Shown here piece after piece: positions 20,469 through 28,795 of a stretch of 64,000 nt of DNA (positions are counted from its first letter, which is position 1; each line of letters begins with the position of its first letter). The stretch lies in sequence record MW679410.1; one strand, given 5' to 3'. Source of the stretch: Escherichia phage C6. Position numbers and translations under genes: made by a program. A model generated the notes under the pieces. That model had not been told where the DNA came from, ran no database searches, and saw only the letters and a list, made by a program, of their open reading frames with translations.

Positions 20469-22188
20469 TCAGAATAGTTTTCGTCGCAATAAACTGATTG
20501 AAGAAATGGCTCCTCAGCGTCGTGCTGAGGCGCTAGCCCAAACTCAGAACGACGAATTAGGAAATATATCAGATGTTTTATCCGATTCCCAGGCGGCGTC
20601 TGAATTGCTCTCTGAAGTGGTTGAGACAAAGTCCAATCAGATTATTAGTTCTGTAGACCGAGTAGATAAAAGCGTCCAAGACGTTGTCGCTGGAACAGAA
20701 TTAACAGCCGAAGCTATATCAGAACAAACCCAACAGTCTAAAGCTCTTTCGGATGCATTAAACGAAAAGATTAATAAGCTTTCTAATATGTTGGAGGCTA
20801 AATTTTCTGGTATTTCTATTCCACCGGAAGGGAGCTCATTAAAGGTTATTGAAGACTCTATTCCTGAAGAACCTAAGGCCGAAACTCCTAAAGTTCCTGC
20901 CGTTATTGAAGATATTCTCCCTCCGGAAGACAATAAACCTGACGCTGAATTTGTGCCTGAGCCTCCTAAAAATTCAGATGAAGGTAAAGAAGGTGATAAG
21001 TCTTCTCTTTCTGATAAAATTGAAGCCCTTACTAAAATAACTGAAAAGGGATTTAAAGCTTCTGTAAGTGTCGCTGATAGAATTTCAGGCATGCTTTTTA
21101 AGTATACCATTACTGCCGCCGCTGAAGCTGCTAAACTCGCCGCAGGTTTAGTCCTTTTAATATTTGGTATAGATGCCATTCGTGTATACTTCCAATATTT
21201 CATGGACCAATTTGAGTCAGGGTGGAAAGAATTTAACGATAAGTTTAAAGAGTGGGGCCCGTTACTTGAAGGGCTAATGACATGGGCCAAGAATGCCGAG
21301 GCTATGTTTAGTGAAGGGAACTGGTTAGGCCTGGCCGAAGCTATTATTCGCGGTATGGTTAATCTTACTAAAAATATGGCACAGCTTTTAATGCTCGGTA
21401 TTTCTAAGTTGATTTCGGCTATTTTAAGTAAAATACCTGGTATGGGTGATTTGGCTGAAAACGTAGAGGCTTCCGCTTTAATGTCGTATCAACAAAATAC
21501 TGGAGCCACTTTAGATGACGAAGACCAAACTAAAGTAGCCAAGTACCATGATAGACGTTCTGCTGAGGCTTTAGAAACAGCCGAGAAAATGAATAAGAAG
21601 TATAAGGATAAACCCGAGCTTATAAACCAGGCAGAGAAATACGGTAATCTTACTAAAGAACAAGCCGACCAATTACGCGCAGGTGGAATTGACACAAGCT
21701 TCCGTGACCTCCCTGAAGAAGAACGTTTAGATTATTTCAAGAAACGTGATAAAGCCCAAGCTGATATTATTCGTTTGACCCAAACTGCCGATAATATAAT
21801 GAAGCCTGATTCTAAAGATATCGAAAACGCTAAAGCATATAAAGCTGATATCGAGAAACAATTGGCTGACCCTATTATGGCTAAAGGTGGTGCACCGAAG
21901 GACCTTAATATCCAGCAATTACTTGATAAGATGAATAAATCTTTAGAGAAATTTAACGAAGCTGAAAAGCCTAAACCTGCTTCTGTAGCTGAATCCCCTG
22001 AAAATACCCAGGTTAAAAAGGTTGATGAGCAAATGAGAGCAAAGGAAAATGCTAAATATAGTCAGCAGGCTCCAACACAAATAAATCAGCAAACGAATAT
22101 CAAGAAAACGAGTAAGACTAGTTATAATTTACCTCCACAGTCCTCTACTCCGGCTCCTGGTATGCGTCAAGCTACTAAAGTTAATTAG
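20452..22188 (+). CDS. 29: Baseplate hub subunit and tail-length determinant gp29
   Basis: 578 aa; N-terminal SFRRNK motif and position after 28; similar size to T4 gp29. Confidence 0.88.
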   Translation: MKNESNQNSFRRNKLIEEMAPQRRAEALAQTQNDELGNISDVLSDSQAASELLSEVVETKSNQIISSVDRVDKSVQDVVAGTELTAEAISEQTQQSKALSDALNEKINKLSNMLEAKFSGISIPPEGSSLKVIEDSIPEEPKAETPKVPAVIEDILPPEDNKPDAEFVPEPPKNSDEGKEGDKSSLSDKIEALTKITEKGFKASVSVADRISGMLFKYTITAAAEAAKLAAGLVLLIFGIDAIRVYFQYFMDQFESGWKEFNDKFKEWGPLLEGLMTWAKNAEAMFSEGNWLGLAEAIIRGMVNLTKNMAQLLMLGISKLISAILSKIPGMGDLAENVEASALMSYQQNTGATLDDEDQTKVAKYHDRRSAEALETAEKMNKKYKDKPELINQAEKYGNLTKEQADQLRAGGIDTSFRDLPEEERLDYFKKRDKAQADIIRLTQTADNIMKPDSKDIENAKAYKADIEKQLADPIMAKGGAPKDLNIQQLLDKMNKSLEKFNEAEKPKPASVAESPENTQVKKVDEQMRAKENAKYSQQAPTQINQQTNIKKTSKTSYNLPPQSSTPAPGMRQATKVN

Positions 22189-22196
22189 GATTAATA

Positions 22197-23285
22197 ATGA
22201 AAGCAAAAGAACTTGACTTTGATGTAGCCTCCTTGTTTAAAGGAGGTTCAAAGACCTCCGCCGGGCAGTCTAAAGCTAAACCGGCTCAAACTACGGTAAC
22301 GGCCCAATACCCGGCAGAAAGGGCCTCTGGCAATGACACCTCTACAGATATGGTGTTAAGCGATTTATATAAAAACGGCTTACTTTTTACAGCGTATAAT
22401 TTTAGCTCTCGTGTATCACCTGATTTGCGTAATGACCGATCAAGTCAAATGACTAAAAAGTTTTCAAAAGCCTCTAGTAAACTTACCGGTAATACCGGAG
22501 GATTCAGCGCGGTTAAAAACTTGTTCAGTAATAACTCTAAAGGAGTTAAATTTGACAACCAAGCTTTGGCAAATATTTTACTCCCACGTTCTAAATCTGA
22601 CGTAGATTCGGTATCGCATAAATTTAATGATGTCGGTGAATCATTAATTACTAAAGGTGGTGGTACTGCTACAGGTATTTTAAGTAACATTGCAAGTACT
22701 GCTGTATTTGGTGCATTGGAATCTGTAACTAACGGCGTAATGGCTGATTCAGGTGAACAGATATACACCACTGCCCGTAGTATGTACGCCGGCCCAGATA
22801 ACCGTACTAAGGTATTCACTTGGGAAATGACTCCACGAAACGCTCAAGACCTTATCCAGATTATTAAAATATACGAAATCTTTAATTACTATTCTTATGG
22901 TGAAACCGGCAACTCAGCCTTCGCTGGTGAATTAAAAGAGAAGATTGATACCTGGTATCGTTCTACGTTTAAAAAAGAAGCTATTGACAAGTTTGACGGT
23001 AAGCTATTAGGGGAAAGTATTACAAGCTTCCTTTCTAATGTTATTGTGGTAAGTAACCCGACCATTTGGTATATCCGAAACTTTGGCGATAGCAGTTCAT
23101 ATGATGGTCGTGAAGATATTTTTGGTCCATGCCAAATCCAAAGTATACGATTTGATAAAACCCCTGATGGTCATTTTAACGGATTGGCTATTGCTCCTAA
23201 CTTACCATCTACATTTAGTTTAGAAGTTACTTTCCGTGAAATCATTACTTTAAACCGTGGCTCACTTTATACGGAAGGATTCTAA
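22197..23285 (+). CDS. 48: Baseplate tail-tube cap gp48
   Basis: 362 aa; position and size match T4 gp48; EKTSAGQS-like N-terminal motif. Confidence 0.85.
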   Translation: MKAKELDFDVASLFKGGSKTSAGQSKAKPAQTTVTAQYPAERASGNDTSTDMVLSDLYKNGLLFTAYNFSSRVSPDLRNDRSSQMTKKFSKASSKLTGNTGGFSAVKNLFSNNSKGVKFDNQALANILLPRSKSDVDSVSHKFNDVGESLITKGGGTATGILSNIASTAVFGALESVTNGVMADSGEQIYTTARSMYAGPDNRTKVFTWEMTPRNAQDLIQIIKIYEIFNYYSYGETGNSAFAGELKEKIDTWYRSTFKKEAIDKFDGKLLGESITSFLSNVIVVSNPTIWYIRNFGDSSSYDGREDIFGPCQIQSIRFDKTPDGHFNGLAIAPNLPSTFSLEVTFREIITLNRGSLYTEGF

Positions 23286-24238
23286 TGTATACTTTACAAG
23301 AATTTCAGAATCAGGCAATTAATATTGACCTACAAAGGAATAACCTGTTTAGTGTAGTATTTGCTACAGTTCCTTCTTCTAAATCTCAAGCGCTCCTCGA
23401 CCAGTTCGGTGGAGCTTTATTTAACAATATCCCATTGAATACCGATTTGTTTGGTATTACACAAGGAGAGTTGACCCAAGGTGTTACGACATTAGTGACA
23501 GCGGGCACTCAGAAGTTGATTCGTAAGTCAGGTATAAGTAAATATCTGATTGGAGCTATGTCATCCAGGGTTGTGCAGAGCTTACTAGGAGAGTTTGAAG
23601 TAGGTACATATCTGATGGATTTTTTCAATATGGCTTATCCTACGGCAGGTCTTTTAGTCCACGCCGTTAAAATCCCGGATAATACTTTGAACTATGAAAT
23701 GGATTTGAACCACAACTCGCCTAATATCAAAATTACCGGAAGAGAATATTCTCCTCTGGTATTAAGCTTCCGTATGGATTCTGAAGCTGCCAACTACCGT
23801 GCTTTTAATGACTGGGTCAATAGTGTTCAAGACCCAATTACACAATTAAGAGCATTACCTGAGGATGTTGAAGCTGACATTCAAGTCAACCTTCATTCTC
23901 GTAATGGATTACCCCATACAGTAGTAATGCTTAATGGGTGTGTTCCTGTTAGTGTTTCGTCACCGGAATTATCCTACGACGGTGATAACCAAATTGCTTC
24001 GTTTGATGTTACATTTGCTTATAGAAGTGTGCAGACGGGTGCAGTCGGTAAACAGGCGGCTTATGAATGGCTGGAAGATAAAGTCCTTAAAGGAGTGGCG
24101 GGCATAAGTGAGAGTAATTCACTGAGTTCTTCAGTAGCTAAATTAAGCCGACTTTCAGGAGCTTCTAGTGGATTAACAGGATTGGTTAATACATTTGGTG
24201 GGCGTGCTATTAATAGTGGAATATCGAGGTTGCTATAA
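23285..24238 (+). CDS. 54: Baseplate tail-tube initiator gp54
   Basis: 317 aa; ATGA overlap with gene 48; position and size match T4 gp54. Confidence 0.85.
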   Translation: MYTLQEFQNQAINIDLQRNNLFSVVFATVPSSKSQALLDQFGGALFNNIPLNTDLFGITQGELTQGVTTLVTAGTQKLIRKSGISKYLIGAMSSRVVQSLLGEFEVGTYLMDFFNMAYPTAGLLVHAVKIPDNTLNYEMDLNHNSPNIKITGREYSPLVLSFRMDSEAANYRAFNDWVNSVQDPITQLRALPEDVEADIQVNLHSRNGLPHTVVMLNGCVPVSVSSPELSYDGDNQIASFDVTFAYRSVQTGAVGKQAAYEWLEDKVLKGVAGISESNSLSSSVAKLSRLSGASSGLTGLVNTFGGRAINSGISRLL

Positions 24239-24244
24239 CAAAAA

Positions 24245-24268
24245 AGGAGAGCGTACGCTCTCCTTTAG
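24245..24268. terminator. Bidirectional terminator after gene 54
   Basis: GGAGAGCG-TA-CGCTCTCC perfect palindrome flanked by an A-run and a T-run. Confidence 0.75.
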
Positions 24269-24271
24269 GGG

Positions 24272-24562
24272 TTATTTACGGAACGAAATGAAACCTGCTG
24301 TGGTCATTAGCGGTTGCTTTTTAACAAACACCGTAACTGAAATAGGAGCTTCAGATTCGAGTTGTCCTGTCACTACACCGTTAAAAATGTTTTCGGTTTG
24401 TTCTGGATGAGAAAAATTCTCAACAGGTCGGATATCAAACTGTTTGTCTTCACCGAAAACTCGACGTAATTCATTACCCACTGCACTGTCAAACTCTTCA
24501 GAAGCAGGGATAACGTTTTCAACTACCAGTTCTTGACCATTAAAACGGAATGCAGATTTCAT
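24272..24562 (-). CDS. Hypothetical early protein, 96 aa (alt.-3 position)
   Basis: ORF with GAGGAG RBS and an early-type promoter at 24591-24620; between gene 54 terminator and the alt array. Confidence 0.6.
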   Translation of the reverse strand: MKSAFRFNGQELVVENVIPASEEFDSAVGNELRRVFGEDKQFDIRPVENFSHPEQTENIFNGVVTGQLESEAPISVTVFVKKQPLMTTAGFISFRK

Positions 24563-24590
24563 AATGTTCTCCTCATGTTTGTGTAAGGTA

Positions 24591-24620
24591 ATAGTACCAC
24601 ATCCTTGTGGTGTTGTAAAC
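24591..24620 (-). promoter_or_regulatory. Early-type promoter for the 96-aa ORF
   Basis: Minus strand GTTTACA, 18-nt spacer containing the inverted repeat CCACAAGGATGTGG, TACTAT; leader ...CATGAGGAGAACATTATG. Confidence 0.55.
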
Positions 24621-26743
24621 TACATTTTGAATTTATTTGGCAGAGCAGAGATATCCAAAGATGCAGCAAGGATTTCCATAGCTTCGTTGCTTTCAGAAAC
24701 GGATTCATTAACCAAGAATTGACTGAATCCATGCATCAGGCGAACTTCACCAGTTTCCATCAAATGGTCGCCATCGTAAACAGATTCGCTGAGCTCTGAA
24801 GGAGGTGTTACTGTAGCTTCCATAAGATATTTGTGAGATACCCTATCATTCATAGCAAAAGCCGCTACTTTATCAACCTTCAACAATAATCCACGCGGAA
24901 GGATAATTTCTGCTTCTTCGGCATATTCTGTAAGGTCACCAGGAGCGATAACTTTAACTGCTTCAGCACCTCGAATAACCATACCAATTTCAGCAATTCT
25001 ATCCGCAGGACCTTCAGGTGCAATTGGATTACCAAACTCGTCTTCTTCCCATTCTACCTCTTCGTCATCGACTTCACCCACATCAGATGAACTACCACTA
25101 GCCAATTTAAACAACTCATCAGCGGAGGATAAAGAACCTTCACCACCAACAAAAACGGCTTGGTTGTCGAGGGCCATATAATTTTTACCAAATTCACCAA
25201 AGATGTTAGGCTTTAATGAGGCTGACACAAAGTTCTTAAAGTAAAATGTTTTGTTATCGATATTATGACGCAGAATTTTGTATGGCAAATCCTGACCACG
25301 ATACAAAATAGTACCCTTAGGAAGTTTAATACCCTTAGTAAATGCTGAGTCTAAATCCTTAATCAATTTAATAGCCGTTGTATTGTTTTCGGATTCAGGT
25401 TTACCTAAAAGGAACAAGTTCATAGGAGCATATTCAGCTGCGCAATATTCAATAATAGCATTGCTTTCGTCTTTGGTTAGGTCCTTAGGTTTAATGAGCT
25501 CACCTGAATAAGCATATGCATCACTAATAGAATCGTTAATTAGTTTATAAACGGCTTCCATAGCGAAAGCAATTCGAGAGGCCTTTTCTGAAGGGGAGCC
25601 TTTAAAACGGGTACTCAGGTTATTAACAATTTTCTTAATAATATCCAGACTATTGGTTGTATTGATTTGCGAAAGACCGCTTAAAAGTCTATCGACTTCT
25701 GTATTAAAAAATGCCATATTATTAGAGTAAATTTCAAACCCTTGTTTATCTCTATTAGCATAATTTAGTTTAAATTTACTATCAGTCATTAAAGCGTGCG
25801 TGAGAGCAATGGTGTATCTAAAGTTGGCAAGGTCCTCGCTCTTAGATTTAAACTGAGAAGCCTGGCGCATTTTGGTAATAGCACCTTTTTTAAAGTTCTG
25901 ACTAATCTGTTCAATACCTTCATTCTCAGGGCCTTCAGCCGTGTGAACCGGTACAGAAGCTTCAAACTCGTTATAAACCTGCAATTCTTTAGGGGACAAA
26001 GTTTCAGGCTCAGCAGTAGAATACTGCGCGGCTGCTGCCATACGACGCGAAATCTTAGTACGAGTAATGACAGCCTTATCAGTACGTTTTTCTTCAACTT
26101 GTGCAATAGATGCCGCTACGGCTTCGACCTTACTTACGGCCTGGCCGGTTTTCTTAGAAACATACACTTCGCCAACTTTAGACTCAACTTTAGTATAAAG
26201 ATCGGCATTAATTTCAGGCATACCCTTGATATCTTCAATATTAGCCCCGCGACGTACTAAAAGAACGTAGGTATGTTTTCCGCTGAATTGGAACATGTCG
26301 TCAACAACTTTAAACTTACCACCGGTACGGGCCATAGCCAAACGAGCTAATACGCGCTGAACGGTAGGGCCTTTACCTTTCATTTTCTTAGTAGGGAAAC
26401 GGAATAAAACCGCGTCCATTTTAAGTTTGTTTATTTGTTCATATATGGTATCGAAAATGGTGTTCAGTGTACCGAGTGGATCGGTACCCAAACCACCCTT
26501 GAGTTCTGCCGGAGCGCCTTTAGCAGATAAACTCATTAAGATAACATGGACGTACTTATCGCCCGCCTTAACCATCTTAATAGCGTCGCCTTCAGACGCA
26601 TAAGATACCATACGTGCTACTAAATTGTCATTACCAGGAGCATGTACCGCAAAAATCTGCGGTACGCCTGAGCCAGGTTTAAGATTTGTTACTGGGTAAT
26701 TTTTTTTATCACTTTTATCAAAAACTTCGTTTAAATTTTCCAT
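24620..26743 (-). CDS. alt: Alt-type ADP-ribosyltransferase paralog A (third in the array)
   Basis: 707 aa; N-terminal MENLNEVFD (LxE-type motif) and conserved approx 230-aa N-domain shared with the two upstream paralogs; ART-like R/S-x-S/E-x-E elements (LYRGQ, FVSASL, EEAEIILPRG); divergent central module. Confidence 0.85.
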   Translation of the reverse strand: MENLNEVFDKSDKKNYPVTNLKPGSGVPQIFAVHAPGNDNLVARMVSYASEGDAIKMVKAGDKYVHVILMSLSAKGAPAELKGGLGTDPLGTLNTIFDTIYEQINKLKMDAVLFRFPTKKMKGKGPTVQRVLARLAMARTGGKFKVVDDMFQFSGKHTYVLLVRRGANIEDIKGMPEINADLYTKVESKVGEVYVSKKTGQAVSKVEAVAASIAQVEEKRTDKAVITRTKISRRMAAAAQYSTAEPETLSPKELQVYNEFEASVPVHTAEGPENEGIEQISQNFKKGAITKMRQASQFKSKSEDLANFRYTIALTHALMTDSKFKLNYANRDKQGFEIYSNNMAFFNTEVDRLLSGLSQINTTNSLDIIKKIVNNLSTRFKGSPSEKASRIAFAMEAVYKLINDSISDAYAYSGELIKPKDLTKDESNAIIEYCAAEYAPMNLFLLGKPESENNTTAIKLIKDLDSAFTKGIKLPKGTILYRGQDLPYKILRHNIDNKTFYFKNFVSASLKPNIFGEFGKNYMALDNQAVFVGGEGSLSSADELFKLASGSSSDVGEVDDEEVEWEEDEFGNPIAPEGPADRIAEIGMVIRGAEAVKVIAPGDLTEYAEEAEIILPRGLLLKVDKVAAFAMNDRVSHKYLMEATVTPPSELSESVYDGDHLMETGEVRLMHGFSQFLVNESVSESNEAMEILAASLDISALPNKFKM

Positions 26744-26746
26744 TAT

Positions 26747-28792
26747 TTACCCTTGGGTGAATTTTTCTGGGATTTCGTCAAAATTAATACATGAAGCCAA
26801 AAGAGGCATTATATCCACCTTGGTCGATTTGACAAATGAATCAAAAGACACAGGGTTGTCGGTCTCTGTTTCTACGCCTTGGTAAACAACCAATTCGCCG
26901 GTTTCCATCAATGCATCACCATCATAGATAACCGCATTTTCTGCTAGTTGGTCTGTGGTCTGGATATCAGCTTCCAATAATTTGGTGTTGTAGTTTCCTT
27001 TATATGAGGCATCTGTAATTTTAGTAATCTTAACAGTAGTTCCACGTGGAAGAATAACCTCTTGTTCTGTTGGAGAACCTGACAATTCACCGGGCACAAT
27101 TACGTTAATAGAGTCTGCACCGGAAATTTTCCAACCGATGTTCATCATTGTATTTTCGGAACTCGTCAGCATACTTGGAAGAACAATTTCATTATCGCCT
27201 TGGAAAGATGTCCCAACGCGATAGTCCTGATGAACTGCGGCCATTGCGACGTTTGATACCCAGCCGCCAAAGATAATCGGCTTAAGGGACGTTGATACAT
27301 AGTTCCTGAAATAAAACAATTTTGAGTGTTTGATTTTATCAAAAGTGTTAACATTTAAATATTGACCACGCCAAAGTGTAATATCAGGTGGCAATTTATG
27401 GCCAATTTCAAATGCCGCATCCATATCATTAATTACTTCAATTACGCGATAACTATCAATAAATTCTGCATCCTCTTCATAATAATTACCCAACAAATAA
27501 TTATTAACATCGGTATAATATTGGCCGCAATAAGAAGAAATAGCCTCACGCTGCTCATACTCAAATCGATTATCGCTATAACTGGCTGTAAAATGCATAA
27601 CACTTTCTGACGCTTCATTAGCAAAATCGGTAACAGCAGCACTTATACGTTGAGCATACTCTTGTTCCCAAAGCTCTGCCGCATATTCGGCCGCATCCAT
27701 ATTAGGAGGAGCCTCATTCATTTTTCTTTCGATAAATGCAGCTTTGCGAAGGTTAAGAACCTCTGCACATGATTCGGCAAAAATCTGCATCTGCTTCATA
27801 CTGCCGACAGGAGCACGTTTAAGTTCACGATGCATACGGTTAAAAATTGGGTCAGAGTCTTCGACTCGAATTTCTTCTTTCCAAACACCGTTTGCTCGCA
27901 TAGCCATATCTGCCGCGCGCATACGCTCCATAGTATTCGTTTCAGAAGGTTGAATAAAAATTTCTAGTTCTTCATAATCGTCGATAAGTTCCGCTGTTGC
28001 TGGGGCACTAAATTTTGATGCCTCTGCATCAATCTCATTCCAACCTTCCGGAACTTCATCTCGAGGAGAATACTGGGCTGCGGCTACAGCACGCCTAGAA
28101 ATCTTGGTAGTAGTAATAACGGCCTTATCCGTACGTTTTTCTTCGACTGCCGCTATACTAGCAGATAGTGCTTCTATTTTGGTTACCGATTGGCCTGTTT
28201 TCTTGGATACATAAACCTCACCAACTTTAGACTCAACCTTAGTGTAAAGGTCTGCATCAATTTCAGGCATACCTTTTATGTCCTCAATATTAGCTTGTTT
28301 ACGAACCAGTAAAACGTATGTATGTTTGCCTGTAAATTGATACATATCATCGACAACTTTAAACTTGCCGCCAGTACGAGCCATCGCCAAACGTGCCAAT
28401 ACACGTTGAACAGTAGGACCCTTACCTTTCATTTTCTTGGTAGGGAACCGGAAAAGAACTGCATCCATACGAAGAGCTTTAACTTGTTCGTATACAGTAT
28501 CGAAAATGGTGTTCAGTGTACCAAGTGGGTCAGAACCTAACCCGCCTTTCAACTCGGCTGGGGTACCCTTAGCAGACAAACTCATCAAAATAACATGAAC
28601 ATATTTGTCGCCCGGCTTAACCATTTTAATAGCGTCTCCTTGAGACGCATAAGATACCATACGAGCAACCAGATTATCATTACCTGGTGCTTGGATAGAG
28701 AAAATCTGTGGAATACCGGAACCCGGTTTAAGATTTGTTACTGGATAGTTTTTAGCGGAATCACTATCAAAAACCTCATTTAAATTTTCCAT
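26747..28792 (-). CDS. alt: Alt-type ADP-ribosyltransferase paralog B (second in the array)
   Basis: 681 aa; N-terminal 230 aa nearly identical to paralog A; LWRGQ, YVSTSL, EQEVILPRG motifs; unique central module; C-terminus ...PLLASCINFDEIPEKFTQG. Confidence 0.85.
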   Translation of the reverse strand: MENLNEVFDSDSAKNYPVTNLKPGSGIPQIFSIQAPGNDNLVARMVSYASQGDAIKMVKPGDKYVHVILMSLSAKGTPAELKGGLGSDPLGTLNTIFDTVYEQVKALRMDAVLFRFPTKKMKGKGPTVQRVLARLAMARTGGKFKVVDDMYQFTGKHTYVLLVRKQANIEDIKGMPEIDADLYTKVESKVGEVYVSKKTGQSVTKIEALSASIAAVEEKRTDKAVITTTKISRRAVAAAQYSPRDEVPEGWNEIDAEASKFSAPATAELIDDYEELEIFIQPSETNTMERMRAADMAMRANGVWKEEIRVEDSDPIFNRMHRELKRAPVGSMKQMQIFAESCAEVLNLRKAAFIERKMNEAPPNMDAAEYAAELWEQEYAQRISAAVTDFANEASESVMHFTASYSDNRFEYEQREAISSYCGQYYTDVNNYLLGNYYEEDAEFIDSYRVIEVINDMDAAFEIGHKLPPDITLWRGQYLNVNTFDKIKHSKLFYFRNYVSTSLKPIIFGGWVSNVAMAAVHQDYRVGTSFQGDNEIVLPSMLTSSENTMMNIGWKISGADSINVIVPGELSGSPTEQEVILPRGTTVKITKITDASYKGNYNTKLLEADIQTTDQLAENAVIYDGDALMETGELVVYQGVETETDNPVSFDSFVKSTKVDIMPLLASCINFDEIPEKFTQG

Positions 28793-28795
28793 TAT

